Assembly (NCBI GenBank): GCA_963771175.1
Contig: CAVYSY010000050.1
Coordinates: forward strand, 128,001 to 192,000
DNA from: an uncultured delta proteobacterium
Lineage (GTDB): Bacteria > Myxococcota > Myxococcia > Myxococcales > Myxococcaceae
Length of the DNA: 64,000 bases
Direction of reading: 5' to 3'
Positions 32,363 through 44,163 of this stretch are shown piece by piece; the stretch's first letter is position 1, and each line of letters opens with the position of its first letter. The position numbers and the translations under genes are program-made. The notes under the pieces are model-generated. The model did not search any database, was not told the origin of the DNA, and was given only the letters and a program-made list of their open reading frames with translations.

Positions 32363-34108
32363 TCAGGCGACGGCTTCCTCGTCGTCCTGACCCGCGGGCT
32401 GCTCCTCGAGGAGCTGCGTCGCGATGGCCAGCGCCTTCTTCGTCTTCTCGCGCAGCTTCTCGTCGGTCTTGATGCGCGTGTAGAGCCGCGCCACGCGCTC
32501 CTCGTTGCGCGCCACCGACTCCTCCAGCTCGGAGATGCGCTTGCGCAGCTCGTCGGACTCCTGGCTCGCCTGGGCCCTCGCCTCGTCCAGCTCCGCCCGC
32601 GCCGCGTCCAGCTCCGCCCGCGCCGAGTCCAGCTCCGCTCTCAGGCTGTCCGCCTCGTTCCGCGACGCCGCCAGCTCCGCGTCGAGCTGATCCGCGCGCG
32701 CCCGGAGCTCCTCCACCTCGGCGGCCTGCGCCTGGTAGTGCTCCACCTCGGCCTGCATCGCCGCCGCGCGGGCCGTGGCGCCACGCGCCTCCTCCTTCGC
32801 CGCCGCGAGCTGCTGCTCCACCCGCTTGCGCTCCGCGAGGAGCTGGTCCGCCTTCGTCTGCAGCGTCTTGAGCTGCGCGTCCCGGCGGGTGATCTCCTCC
32901 GTGGCCCCGTTGGCCTGCGTCTCCAGCGCGAGCTGCTTGTCCTGCAGCTCGACGATCTCCTGCTCCTTCTGGTTCAGCTCGGTCTTGAGGCGGAGGATCT
33001 CCCGGTCCTTGCGGTTGGAGGCCTCACGCAGCGCCAGGGTGGCCTGGTCGTTCTTGCCGACGGAGGCCCTCGTCGTCTCCAGCTCCGTGGACTTGCTCTC
33101 CAGCTCGGTCTCGAGCTCCTGCACCCGGCTCTCCGCGGTGCTGGTCTGGGCGCGCGAGTCCTCCAGGGTGCCCTCCAGCTCGGCCACGCGGGCGCGCAGG
33201 TTGCGCAGCTCGGCGGCGTCCGCCGCGGACATGGCCGGGGCCGCGGGCGTGCTCGTCACGGCGGGGCGCGTCGGAGTCGTCACCGCGGGAGTGGTGCGGG
33301 CCGGCGGCGTGAAAGTGGATACCGCGGCCGGCCTGGCCACGGGCTGAGGGGCGGCGCGGGCCGGAGTCGGCGCGGGCGTCGGCACCGGCGTCGGCATGAA
33401 GCCCACCACCGTCTTGTCGTCGTTGCCGTCGTCCATGCCGAACGCGTCCAGCGCGTTGTCGGTCTCACCACCACCCAGGCTGTCGAGCCCGGAGAAGTCG
33501 TCCTCGGGCGCGCTCAGCTCCGGCGGGGCCTCCACCGGCTCCTCGAGGCTGCCCGTCACGGGCTGATCCAGGGAGTCCGCGAAGGGGTTGTCGGTGTCGA
33601 ACATCGACAGCTCGTCGCCGTGGCTCTCCAGCGGCTCGCCCTCGATGGCGAGCTCCTCGCCCTGCACCGGCTCGTCGCCCAGCCCGTCCAGGCCGCCGAG
33701 GGTGAGACCGTCGTCGACGACCTCGCCGGCGGGCAGCTCCGGGAAGCCGATCAGCGTGCCCACGCGCTCCACCAGCTCGTCGGGGTTGACGGGCTTGGCC
33801 ACGTAGTCGTCCGCGTGCGCCTTCAGCTTGCGGTGCTGCGCGAAGCCATCCGGGTTGCCGATGATGACGATGGGGATGGCCTTGAGGTCATCGTCCTTCT
33901 TCAGCTTGCCGCAGATGAGGTAGCCGTTCTGGCCCGCCGAGAGGTCCACCGCGAGCACCACCAGCTCCGGCCGGTCGCGGCGGATCTGCTCCACGCTGCC
34001 CTTGCCGTCGGTGGTCTCCTGCGCCGCGAAGCCGCGGGCCTCCAAGGCCTCACGCAGGGATGCGGAGAGGGCGGTGTCACTTTCGACGATGATGATGTTC
34101 TTGGACAT
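32363..34108 (-). CDS. frzS: Social motility protein FrzS (pseudo-receiver plus coiled coil)
   Basis: MSKNIIIVESD...QNGYLICGKLKKDD, Pro/Ala linker, long coiled coil, frz locus context. Confidence 0.93.
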   Translation of the reverse strand: MSKNIIIVESDTALSASLREALEARGFAAQETTDGKGSVEQIRRDRPELVVLAVDLSAGQNGYLICGKLKKDDDLKAIPIVIIGNPDGFAQHRKLKAHADDYVAKPVNPDELVERVGTLIGFPELPAGEVVDDGLTLGGLDGLGDEPVQGEELAIEGEPLESHGDELSMFDTDNPFADSLDQPVTGSLEEPVEAPPELSAPEDDFSGLDSLGGGETDNALDAFGMDDGNDDKTVVGFMPTPVPTPAPTPARAAPQPVARPAAVSTFTPPARTTPAVTTPTRPAVTSTPAAPAMSAADAAELRNLRARVAELEGTLEDSRAQTSTAESRVQELETELESKSTELETTRASVGKNDQATLALREASNRKDREILRLKTELNQKEQEIVELQDKQLALETQANGATEEITRRDAQLKTLQTKADQLLAERKRVEQQLAAAKEEARGATARAAAMQAEVEHYQAQAAEVEELRARADQLDAELAASRNEADSLRAELDSARAELDAARAELDEARAQASQESDELRKRISELEESVARNEERVARLYTRIKTDEKLREKTKKALAIATQLLEEQPAGQDDEEAVA

Positions 34109-34291
34109 GAAAGGCTGCCAGACCAGGGAAGGCGTGCGAGTGCTCGCGGCGATGCGCGAGGACGGCGGCTCTGGAAAAGTCGCTCGGGGAGGCTATCGGT
34201 GCCTACCGGGACCGTCAATCTTCGGTCCTGTCGGATTTCCAGCCCGTCCGGCACGCCCGGTGAGCGAGCAGCCTTCGTGCGCGAGCGTGCT

Positions 34292-35119
34292 TCAGGGCTG
34301 TAGCGAGACGGGCACGGCGACGAGGTCGGGCGACACCGGGCGCGACGGCTTGCCACTCGCGTCGTCCTGCTCGGTGAGCATGCGGCGGATGTCCTTCTCG
34401 TCGAGATCCGTCACCAGCTCGTAGACGATCTCCCCCTCGCGCCACACGGCCACGTTGTAGCCGAGGCTGGAGCCCACCTGCACGGAGGGCAGGGGAGGGG
34501 CCTTCACCTCGCGCTGGGCATCATCGAAGACGAAGAGGCCGATGCGCTTCGTCGGCGCGCCCTGCTGCTCGGTGTGGCTCTCGTAGCTGATGTACGCGGC
34601 GGGGCGATCCGTCACGTTGGAGATGCGCGCGCCGGAGAGTCTGCTTCCCGGCAGCTGGGGCACCACCACGCGGTGATCGAACTTGCCGTCGAGCCAGGCC
34701 TCGACGACCTCGTGCGAGGTGCCGGCGATCTCCACCGGCAGCTTCCTGGCGTGCCGCCGCGCGGCGTCCTCCATGAAGCGGCGGTGTTGCTCCGGCTGGA
34801 AGGCCATCCACGCACCGCCGGCCGCCATCACCACCAGGGCCGCGGCGCTCGCGCGCAACCACCAGGCCTGCTGGACGCGCCGCTGCTCCTGGCGCATCCC
34901 GTTCTGGAGTCTGGCTCGCAGGGCGGCGGGCGCCCGCGTGGTCTCCACCGCCTGTCGCGCGGCCCGACGCAGCGACTGCTGCATCCGCGCTTCCTCGTGG
35001 ACTCGCCGCGTGCACTGGGTGCACTGGTTGAGGTGCGCTTCCACCTCCAGCCGTTCCTCGGTCTGGAACTCGCCGTCGAGGTACGGGTAGAGGATCTGGT
35101 CCAGTTCCTGGCAGGTCAT
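34292..35119 (-). CDS. Zinc-finger (ZAS) anti-sigma factor
   Basis: HLNQCTQC (HxxxCxxC), one TM, directly downstream of the ECF sigma gene. Confidence 0.9.
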   Translation of the reverse strand: MTCQELDQILYPYLDGEFQTEERLEVEAHLNQCTQCTRRVHEEARMQQSLRRAARQAVETTRAPAALRARLQNGMRQEQRRVQQAWWLRASAAALVVMAAGGAWMAFQPEQHRRFMEDAARRHARKLPVEIAGTSHEVVEAWLDGKFDHRVVVPQLPGSRLSGARISNVTDRPAAYISYESHTEQQGAPTKRIGLFVFDDAQREVKAPPLPSVQVGSSLGYNVAVWREGEIVYELVTDLDEKDIRRMLTEQDDASGKPSRPVSPDLVAVPVSLQP

Positions 35120-35188
35120 GAGCGCTCAGGGGGTGGGCGAAAGGTTTGGGCCCGTGGAAATAATATTTCCGGGCCCATGAACCTCGAT

Positions 35189-35860
35189 CTACCCCACCTT
35201 CTTCCTGCGACGATATTCTTCCAGGTTCGTCGCAGCGCCGGTGGCGGTATTTCCGGTATTGGCGGCCCCGCCACCCTCGCCCTCTTGACGCAGCACGCCA
35301 GTGCCCTGGGCGTACTCGCGCAGCGTCTTCTGCAGCAGCTTGCGTCCGCGGAACAGCCGGCTCATCACCGTGCCCACGGGGCACTCGAGGATCTCGGCGA
35401 TCTCCTTGTAGGAGAACTCCTGCAGGTCCGCGAGGATGACCACCAGCCGGAAGTCGATGGGCAGCGCGTCGATGGCGCGCAGCACGTCGTCCGAGAGCAG
35501 GCGGTCGAAGAAGTACTGCTCGGGGTTGGCCGCGAAGTCCGTTGCGTCCCGGCTGACGAAGCGCTCGTGCACCGCCTCGCGCTCCACGCCCTCCACCACG
35601 CTGCGCTCCTTCACCTTGCGCCGGTAGCGGTTGATGAAGGTGTTGGTGAGGATCTTGAAGAGCCAGGCCTTGATGTTGGTGCCGCGCTCGAACTTGTCGA
35701 AGAAGCGGTAGGCCCGCATGCAGGTGTCCTGCACGAGGTCCTCGGCGTCTCGCTCGTTCTTGGTCAGCCGCAGGGCCGCGGAGTACAGCGGGTCGAGGTG
35801 GGCGAGGGCCAGCTCCTCGAATTCCTGTTTGGTCCGGTTGTTTTGCCGGAAGTCCAACAT
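35189..35860 (-). CDS. rpoE1: ECF RNA polymerase sigma factor (RpoE1-like)
   Basis: [16 protein letters not shown] and [23 protein letters not shown] motifs; position between ald and frzS. Confidence 0.85.
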   Translation of the reverse strand: MLDFRQNNRTKQEFEELALAHLDPLYSAALRLTKNERDAEDLVQDTCMRAYRFFDKFERGTNIKAWLFKILTNTFINRYRRKVKERSVVEGVEREAVHERFVSRDATDFAANPEQYFFDRLLSDDVLRAIDALPIDFRLVVILADLQEFSYKEIAEILECPVGTVMSRLFRGRKLLQKTLREYAQGTGVLRQEGEGGGAANTGNTATGAATNLEEYRRRKKVG

Positions 35861-35941
35861 GCTCCCGCCTTCCAGAGGCCCGAAATTACAGGCGATTGAG
35901 TCGTTCCCTACCCGGCAATGTATGCACGGGAACATAACGGG

Positions 35942-35990
35942 CAACAACACAAAGCCCGCCGGCGCCGTCTGCACGGCTGCCCCGGCGGGC
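35942..35990 (-). terminator. Rho-independent terminator downstream of ald
   Basis: gcccgccgg...ccggcgggc hairpin followed on the minus strand by tttgtgttgttg. Confidence 0.6.
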
Positions 35991-36064
35991 GGGAGACATG
36001 TAACAGGGAGGAATATTCCCTGCTTCGAGCAGGAGATTCTCCTCCCTGATGTCGGCAGGGTTGA

Positions 36065-37197
36065 CTACCGGCCCTTCGAGCCGATCGCGTCGGTGATGGG
36101 CAGGTAGGTGTAGCCCAGGTCCTTGGCCACGGCCTCGTAGGTGACGTGGCCGTTGTAGGTGTTGAGGCCGCGGGCCAGGGCCTTGTCGCTCTTGATGGCC
36201 TCGACGAGGCCCAGGTCGGCGATCTTCCGGGCGTAGGGCCGGGTGGTGTTGGTGAGGGCGAAGGTGGAGGTCTGGGGCACCGCGCCGGGCATGTTGGCCA
36301 CGCAGTAGTGGACCACGCCGTGCTTCACGAAGGTGGGGTTGTCGTGGGTGGTGGGCACGCAGGTCTCGATGCAGCCGCCCTGGTCCACCGCCACGTCCAC
36401 CACCACGGAGCCGGGGCTCATCTCGGCGATGAGGGCCTCGGTGACGAGCTTGGGCGCCGCCGCGCCGGGGATGAGCACGGCGCCGACGACGAGGTCCGCC
36501 TCGCGCACGCGACCTGGCGATGCTCTCGCTGTCGGAGGCCAGGGTGGCCACGCGGCCGAGGAACACGTCGTCCAGGTAGGTGAGGCGCTCGAGGTTGATG
36601 TCGAGGATGGTGACCTCGGCGCCCATGCCCACGGCGACCTTGGCCGCGCTGGTGCCCACCACGCCGCCGCCGATGATGGTCACGCGGCCGCGGCGCACGC
36701 CGGGCACGCCGCCCAGGAGGATGCCCTTGCCGCCGTGCGCCTTCTCCAGGCACGCGGCGCCGACCTGGATGGCCATCTTGCCGGCCACCTCGCTCATCGG
36801 CTTGAGCAGCGGCAGCGAGCCGTCGTCGAGCTGGATGGTCTCGTAGGCCACCGCGGTGACCTTCTTCTTCACCAGGACGCTGGGTGAGCTCGGGGTCCAC
36901 GCCGGCGAGGTGGAAGTAGGTGTAGATGATCTGCCCGTTCTGGATGCGCTCGTACTCGGGCGCGATGGGCTCCTTCACCTTCACGATCATCTCGGCGCGC
37001 TTCCACACCTCGTCCGCGCTCTGGACGAGCTGCGCGCCCACGCGCTCGTACTCCGAGTCGGGGATGCCCGAGCCGACGCCGGCGCTCGTCTCGACGAGGA
37101 CCGTGTGGCCCGCGCTGGTGAGCGCGCGAACGCCCGCCGGAACCATGCCGACACGGTACTCGCGGGTCTTGATCTCCTTGGGAACTCCGACGATCAC
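36065..37197 (-). CDS. ald: Alanine dehydrogenase (frameshifts near 36880 and 36510)
   Basis: [37 protein letters not shown] and YCVANMPG motifs. Confidence 0.95.
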
Positions 37198-37358
37198 TTG
37201 AGCTGCCTCCGAAAAGTCCGCGAATAGGCGGAAAAAAAGTGGGCGGACCCTAGGCAGGGGCCTGAGGGGAGTCAAGACGCGCTCCGGCAAGGAGTCATAC
37301 GGCTCGTGAACGCGCGGTGCGTCGAAAGTCCGGCCCGGCAGTGGTAGTTAACGAGGTC

Positions 37359-38667
37359 ATGACTTTGGTACCGAAACTCCTGTTCGCCGACTCCAAGGGC
37401 CGGGTGATGGAGCACCCTTATCTGCTCGCCACCCTGCGCAGCGGAGAAGAGCTCGTTCCCCCCCAGGACAAGCCCATCCCGCTGCCGTCCGCTGGCCGGC
37501 TCGTCCACCTGCCGGGCCGCCTGCCCGTGGGGCTCGATCCCGAGACGGGCGAGCTGGAGCTCGTGCGCGAGATGAAGGTGAACGGGAAGACCTTCGTGCC
37601 CAGCGCGGTGGGCGCGCTGCTGCCCCCGGGCTACACGCGCACCTTCCTGCCCGGCGAGGTGAAGGCGGAGGGTCCCGTGCTGCCGCAGTGGGCCTACACC
37701 GCCGCGGCCTGGGGCGAGGACGGCCCGGTGGCCTGGGCCATGCACACCGACAGGCGCTCGCACTGGGACCCCGAGAAGTACTCCACGCCCGAGCTGAAGA
37801 AGATGGTGGACGCGCACCTGGCGCGCTTCCCCGGCAACCGCGTGCTCAAGCAGCTCACGACGTGCGCGCTGCTCTACCGGTGCTTCACCTCGCAGAACAT
37901 CTTCTACGTGCGCGACGAGGGCGCCATCCCCGCCTCGGTGATGTGCAACGCGCGCTGCGTGGGGTGCATCTCGGATCAGCCGAAGGACGGGCCTCCCGCC
38001 TCGCACGAGCGCATGGATGACGGACCCTCCGGCGAGGAGATGGGCGTCATCGGCCTGTACCACCTGGAGAACGCCACCGGCCGCACCATGGTCAGCTTCG
38101 GCCAGGGCTGCGAGGGCGAGCCGCTCACCCGGTGGAAGTTCATCGCCGAGGCCATCCGCTACATGCGCGCGCACACCTCGCGCGGCTCCATCAACATCAA
38201 CACCAACGCGAGCCTCACCCACGGGCTGGAGGCGCTCTTCGACGCCGGGCTCGACGCGGTGCGCGTGTCGCTCAACTCGGCGGACGAAGGACCTCTACGA
38301 GGCCTACTACAAGCCGGTGAAGTACGGCTGGGAGGACGTGGAGGCCTCCATCGCGCTGGCGCGCAAGCGCGGCGCGTACCTCGCGCTCAACCTGCTCCTC
38401 TTCCCGGGCGTCACCGATCGCGAGGGCGAGGTGGAGGCCCTGGAGCGGCTGGTGCGGCAGTACCAGGTGGATCAGGTGCAGACGCGCTCGCTGTGCATCG
38501 ATCCGCTCCAGTACCTGGAGGTGGCGCGAGACCGGGGCGCGGGCGGAGAGCCCGTGGGCATCCGCGAGCTGCTGCGCCGACTCAAGGCGGCCCGGCCCGG
38601 GCTCATCATCGGCAACTTCGCGCGGGGCCTCGAGGAGCGGGAGAACGCCGCCGGGCGTCGCAAGTAG
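37359..38667 (+). CDS. Radical SAM protein of unknown function (frameshift near 38285)
   Basis: CNARCVGC (CxxxCxxC), SFGQGCEGEP and NINTN motifs. Confidence 0.9.
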
Positions 38668-38999
38668 AAGAGCCTTCGTTTCATCCCGCGCACCAGATGC
38701 CCATGCTGGTGCGCGCGAGGTGTCCGTTGTCGAGCCACGGTGGGCTCGGCCTTCACCCATCGTCACAGTGGAGAGTTGCTGGCGGTGGACTGGCCGAGGC
38801 CCTCACGGACGTGACGGAGCCCTTCCGGCGCCCGACGGGTGTGTCGGAGGCGCCCAGCTCATCGGAGAAGGCAGGGCCCGGTCCGGTATTTTGAGCCTCG
38901 GTGTTTACACTGCCTGCCGTGTAAGCGCACAGTTCTGCCATCCCTGTTTTATCGCTGAGTTCGCGAGTCCGGAGTTCAACATTGCGTGGAGGTAACACC

Positions 39000-41797
39000 A
39001 TGACAGCCAGGCGCCTGGCCATTCGCTGTGCCCGTTGGAGTTCCCTCCTCACCGCGCTGCTGCTCGCAGGTCTGACGGCGGCCTCCGAGGCGTCCGCCGA
39101 GGGCTTCACCCTCTTCGAGAGCGGGCAGGTCCGACCGCTCAGCCTCTCGCCGAGTGGCAAGTTCCTCTTCGCCGTCAATACGCCGGACAACCGCCTCGAG
39201 GTCTTCGAGATCACCCCGGGCGGTCTCGGCCACCGCTTCTCGGTGCCCGTGGGGCTCGAGCCCGTCGCGGTCGCGGCGCGCAGCGACGAGGAGGTCTGGG
39301 TCGTCAATCACCTGTCCGACAGCGTGAGCGTCGTGCGGATCAACCAGCTCGGGACCGCGGGCTCGGTGATGCGGACCCTGCTCGTCGGCGACGAGCCGCG
39401 CGACATCGTCTTCGCCGGGCCGGGGAAGAGCCGCGCCTTCATCACCGCGGCCCACCGCGGCCAGAACGTCCCCTTCGATCCTCAGTTCACCACGCCGGGC
39501 ATCGGCCGGGCCGACGTCTGGGTCTTCGACGCCACCAACCCGGGCACCTCGCTCGGCGGCACTCCGCTCAATATCCTCACCCTCTTCAGCGACACCCCGC
39601 GCGCGCTCGCGGTGACGCCCGACGGCTCGCGCGTCTACGCCGCCGCCTTCCACTCGGGCAACCGCACCACGATCATCGCCGAGAGCCTCGTGCCCAACGG
39701 GGGCGAGGCGGCCGGCGGCGTCCCGGGTCCGAACGTCAACTTCGAGGGAAAGCCGGCGCCCGAGACCGGCGTGATCGTCAAGTACGACGGCCAGCACTGG
39801 GTCGACTCGCTGGGCCGCCCGTGGACGGATCAGGTGAAGTTCTCCCTGCCGGACAAGGACGTGTTCGTCATCGACGCCACCGCCAACCCGCCGGCGCAGC
39901 TCGCGGGCCCGGCCGGCTTCTACTCCGGCGTCGGCACCATTCTCTTCAACATGGCCGTCAACCCGGTGAACGGGAAGGTGTACGTCAGCAACACCGAGGC
40001 CCGGAATGATCTGCGCTTCGAGGGGCCGGGCACCCTCGCCGGCAGCAGCCTGCGCGGTCACCTGCACGAGAGCCGCATCACGGTGCTGGGCGCCTCGGGC
40101 GTTGCTCCGCGGCACCTCAACAAGCACATCAACTACGACGTCTGCTGCGCCCCCATTCCCAACCCGGAGAACGAGAAGAGCCTCGCGCAGCCGCTCGGCA
40201 TGGCGGTGAGCTCCAACGGCTCCACGCTGTACGTGGCCGCGTTCGGCTCCTCGAAGATCGGCGTCTACTCCACCGCCGCGCTCGAGGCGAACACCTTCGT
40301 TCCGAGCACGACGAACCAGATCCTCCTGAGCGGCGGCGGCCCCACCGGGCTCGTGCTGGACGAGGCCCGCGGGCGCATGTACGTGCTGACGCGCTTCGAC
40401 AACGCCATCTCCATCGTCAACACCGCCACGCGCCAGGAGACGGCGCACGTGCGGATGTACAACCCCGAGCCGGTGAACGTGGTGGCGGGGCGCCGCTTCC
40501 TCTACGACGCGCGGAGGAGCTCGAGCCACGGTGACTCGTCCTGCGCGAGCTGCCACATCTTCGGCGACTTCGACAGCCTGGACTGGAACCTCGGCAACCC
40601 GGATGGCACCTACAAGCTCAACGCGAACCCCATCGCCACGACGCCGCCCGAGTTCGGTGACTGATCCCACCTTCGGGCAGGATCCCAACTTCCACCCGGT
40701 GAAGGGCCCGCTGGCCACCCAGAGCCTGCGCGGGATGGCCAACCACGGTCCGATGCACTGGCGCGGAGACCGCACCGGCGGCAACGACGAGCCGAGCGCC
40801 CAGCCGAACGACGGCGCGTTCGACGAGGTCGCGGCGTTCAAGCAGTTCAACCCCGCGTTCATGGATCTGCTCGGGCGCAACGCGCAGCTCTCGCCCGCGG
40901 AGATGCAGCAGTTCGCCGACTTCATGCTCCAGGTCGTCTATCCGCCCAACCCGGTCCGCAACCTCGACAACTCGCTCACGCCAGCGCAGCAGCGGGGCAA
41001 GGACTTCTTCATGAACACCGTGAGCTTCTTCCACGGCTCGTGTAATTCCTGCCACCGGCTCGATCCCAACGACAACCCCAGCGAGGGCTCCTTCAAGGGC
41101 CTCTTCGGAACGGACGGGAAATCGGCCTTCGTCGGGACGGCGATCTTCCCCAAGACCCCGCACCTGCGCAACATGTACCAGAAGGTCGGCATGTTCGGCG
41201 TGGGCTTCCCCTTCGGCTTCCAGCCCCCGGATCCCTTCCTCGGGGATCAGATCCGCGGCTTCGGCTTCAACAGCGATGGTTCGATCGACACGCTGTTCCG
41301 CTTCAACGCCGGCTTCGACTTCCACCCCATCTTCAACTCGGTGGGCATCCCGGACTCGCCCGAGGGCGTCCAGGCCAAGCTGGACATGGAGCAGTTCCTG
41401 CTCGCCTTCGACACCAACCTGGCGCCGATCGTCGGCCAGCAGGTGACCCTCACGGCCCACAACGTCGAGCGTGGTGGGTCCCCGCATCAACCTGCTGGTG
41501 GCGCGTGCGAACGCCGGCGAGTGCGATCTGGTGGCCAAGGGTCGGATGGCGCATGATGAGGTGGGCTTCCTCTACGTGGGCGGCGGACAGTTCAAGGCCG
41601 ACCAGCAGTCCAAGCCCCTCGTCTCCGACGCGGCCCTCCGCCAGCAGGTCACCTCGGGCAGCGGTGCGCTGACCTATACCTGCACGCCTCTGGGCTCGGG
41701 CCAGCGCATCGGCATCGATCGCGACCTGGACGGGTTCCTCGATGGCGACGAGCGGGTGGCGTGTAGCAATCCGGCGGATCCCCTCAGCACCCCGTGA
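39000..41797 (+). CDS. Secreted YVTN/YncE beta-propeller plus dihaem cytochrome c protein (frameshifts near 40655 and 41470)
   Basis: Signal peptide, propeller blades ([18 protein letters not shown]), CASCH and CNSCH haem motifs, TQSLRG and PHLRNMYQK. Confidence 0.82.
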
Positions 41798-41890
41798 GTA
41801 GTGCCGGAGGAGCGCTCCCGGTCCTCACGAGGGCCGGGCGGCGCTCCCCGGTGGAGTTCCCTTCCAGATAGTTGTTCGAGCGACGCCTTC

Positions 41891-44163
41891 ATGGCCAGAC
41901 AGCACGCTTCCTCCTCATTTGCCCGCTCCTCCCTGGCCCGCTCGACGCTCATCAAGATGGGCGTGCGCATCGCGGTGATCATCGCGCTGGCCACCCTCTT
42001 CAGCTACCTCCACATCTTCAACTCCTTGCGCACCGAGGCCCTGGTGCGGATGGAGGGGTATGTCTCGGAGCGTAGCCAGCGGGAGCAGGCCCTCTTCGTG
42101 CTGGCCCAGGACAACCACGCCGTCATCAAGAAGGTCCTGGAGGCGCGGCTTCGGGCCTTGAGCAAGGAGGACCCGAACCCCCGCTTCGACAGCATGTTCG
42201 CGCTGCTCCCGGATGGGACGATCCGCAACTATGACCCGAACTACGACGGCACGAAGGTGCCGGGGGTCTTCGTTCCCAGGGGCGTGAAGACAGATGCCGA
42301 CTTCCGTCGCCGGCTCCTGGTCGCCTACGACGTGGTCGCCGAGTATGGGCCCGCCTACCATGTCCGCTTCATGGACACCGGCGTCATTCTGCCGGAGGGC
42401 GCGATCGTGGGGTACTGGCCGGAGGGGGCCACCTATTTCCGGGATCTCGAGCCTGGCTTCTCGCTGATGGGCTTCGAGTACTTCACCCTCGCCCTGCCCG
42501 AGAACAACCCACAGCGGAGCTCGGCCTGGAGCGGCATCTTCGAGGATCCGCCCAGCCAGATGTGGATGTCCACGGTCACCACCCCGGTGGACATGGACGG
42601 CCGCTATGTCGCGACGATCACCCATGACGTGTTCCTGAACGAGCTGATGAGCCGGACCATCGGCCAGCACCTGCCCGGGGCCTACAACATCCTCTTCCGC
42701 GACGATGGCCAGCTCATCGCCCACCCCGAGCTGAGGATGAAGAGTGGGGTGGAGCCCTACAACATCCTGAACGACACCCGGCGGTCGGAGGACATCTTCG
42801 CGAAGGCGGGCACCGCCGAGCAGCGAGCCCACCTGCGCGCCATCTTCGAGCGCGTGAAGGCGCGAGCCCCCGACCGAGTCCGTGGTGGAGCTCTCGGATT
42901 ATGACGAGTACATCGCCGTGGCGCGGCTGGAGGGCCCGGGTTGGACCTTCGTCACGGTGCTGCCCGAGAGCGTGGTGTCCGCGGACGCCTTCCGGGCGGC
43001 GCGCTATGTCCTGGCGTTCGGCGTGCTGTCGCTGCTCCTGGAGCTGGTCATCATGTTCTGGGTGCTGAGGCAGCAGATCTCCCGTCCGCTGCTGGACTTC
43101 ACCCAGGCCACGACCAGCCTGGCGGCCGGTGACTTCAAGGTCACGCTGGACACCTCGCGCGGCGACGAGCTGGGGACGCTGGCGCACGCCTTCCAGCGGA
43201 TGGCCGGAGAGCTCCAGCGGCGCGAGGAGGACCTGCGGCAGGCCAACGAAGGGCTGGAGCAGCGGGTGGAGGAGCGCACCCGGGAGCTCCAGCAGGTCCA
43301 TCGGCAGCTCGTGGAGACCGCGCGGCAGGTGGGTCGGGCGGAGATCGCCACCAACGTGCTGCACAACGTCGGCAACGTGCTGAACAGTGTCCACACCTCG
43401 GCGCAGCTCGCCCGGGAGCGGCTGATCGGGCTGAAGCTCGAGAGCGTGGAGCGGGTGGTGGCCCTGCTCTCGGAGCACGAGGCCGAGCTCGGCGACCTTC
43501 CTGACCCAGGACGAGCGCGGACGGAACGTGCTGCCCTTCCTGAACCAGCTCGGGAAGTACATGCAGGTGGAGCGTCAGGAGATCCAGACCCTGCTCAATG
43601 ACGTCTGCCGGCACACCGAGCACATCGGCTCCATCGTCAAGCTGCAGCAGCGCTACGCCCGGACGCCCCAGCAGCTCTTCGAGCCGGTCGACCTGGGAGA
43701 GCTGGTGGAGGACGCCCTGCGCATCAACCAGGCCGCGCTCGGCCGCCACTCCGTCAAGGTGGAGCGGTACCTGGCGGACGTGCCCGCCGTGCTGACCGAG
43801 AAGCACAAGGTGCTGATGATCCTGGTCAATCTGATCAGCAACGCCAAGTACGCCATGGATGACGTGCCCGAGGAGGCGCGGCGCATGAGCGTGAAGCTGG
43901 AGCGTTCCGCCGCCGGCCGTATCCTCATCGAGGTGCGGGACAATGGCGTGGGCATCGCGCCGGAGATGATCACGCGCATCTTCCAACATGGCTTCACCAC
44001 CCGAGAGGAGGGGCACGGCTTCGGCCTGCACTCCAGTGCCCTGGCGGCCCAGGAGCTGGGAGGCTCACTGAGCGCTCACAGCGAGGGTCCGGGGCAGGGG
44101 GCCACGTTCACGCTGGAACTACCCGCCGTCCCGGAGGAGCTGAATGAGCGAGCAAGCGCGTAA
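41891..44163 (+). CDS. Membrane sensor histidine kinase with HAMP domain (frameshifts near 42880 and 43495)
   Basis: Two TMs, RGDELGTLA, H-box NVLHNVGNVLN, NLISNA, DNGVG and GHGFGL motifs. Confidence 0.88.

Noticed and set aside
32584..32646. 21-bp repeats in frzS (RAELDxA x3)
   Set aside because: Ordinary coiled-coil heptad duplication.
32363..34108. Missing phospho-acceptor Asp in the FrzS receiver
   Set aside because: Already established for FrzS, so not novel.
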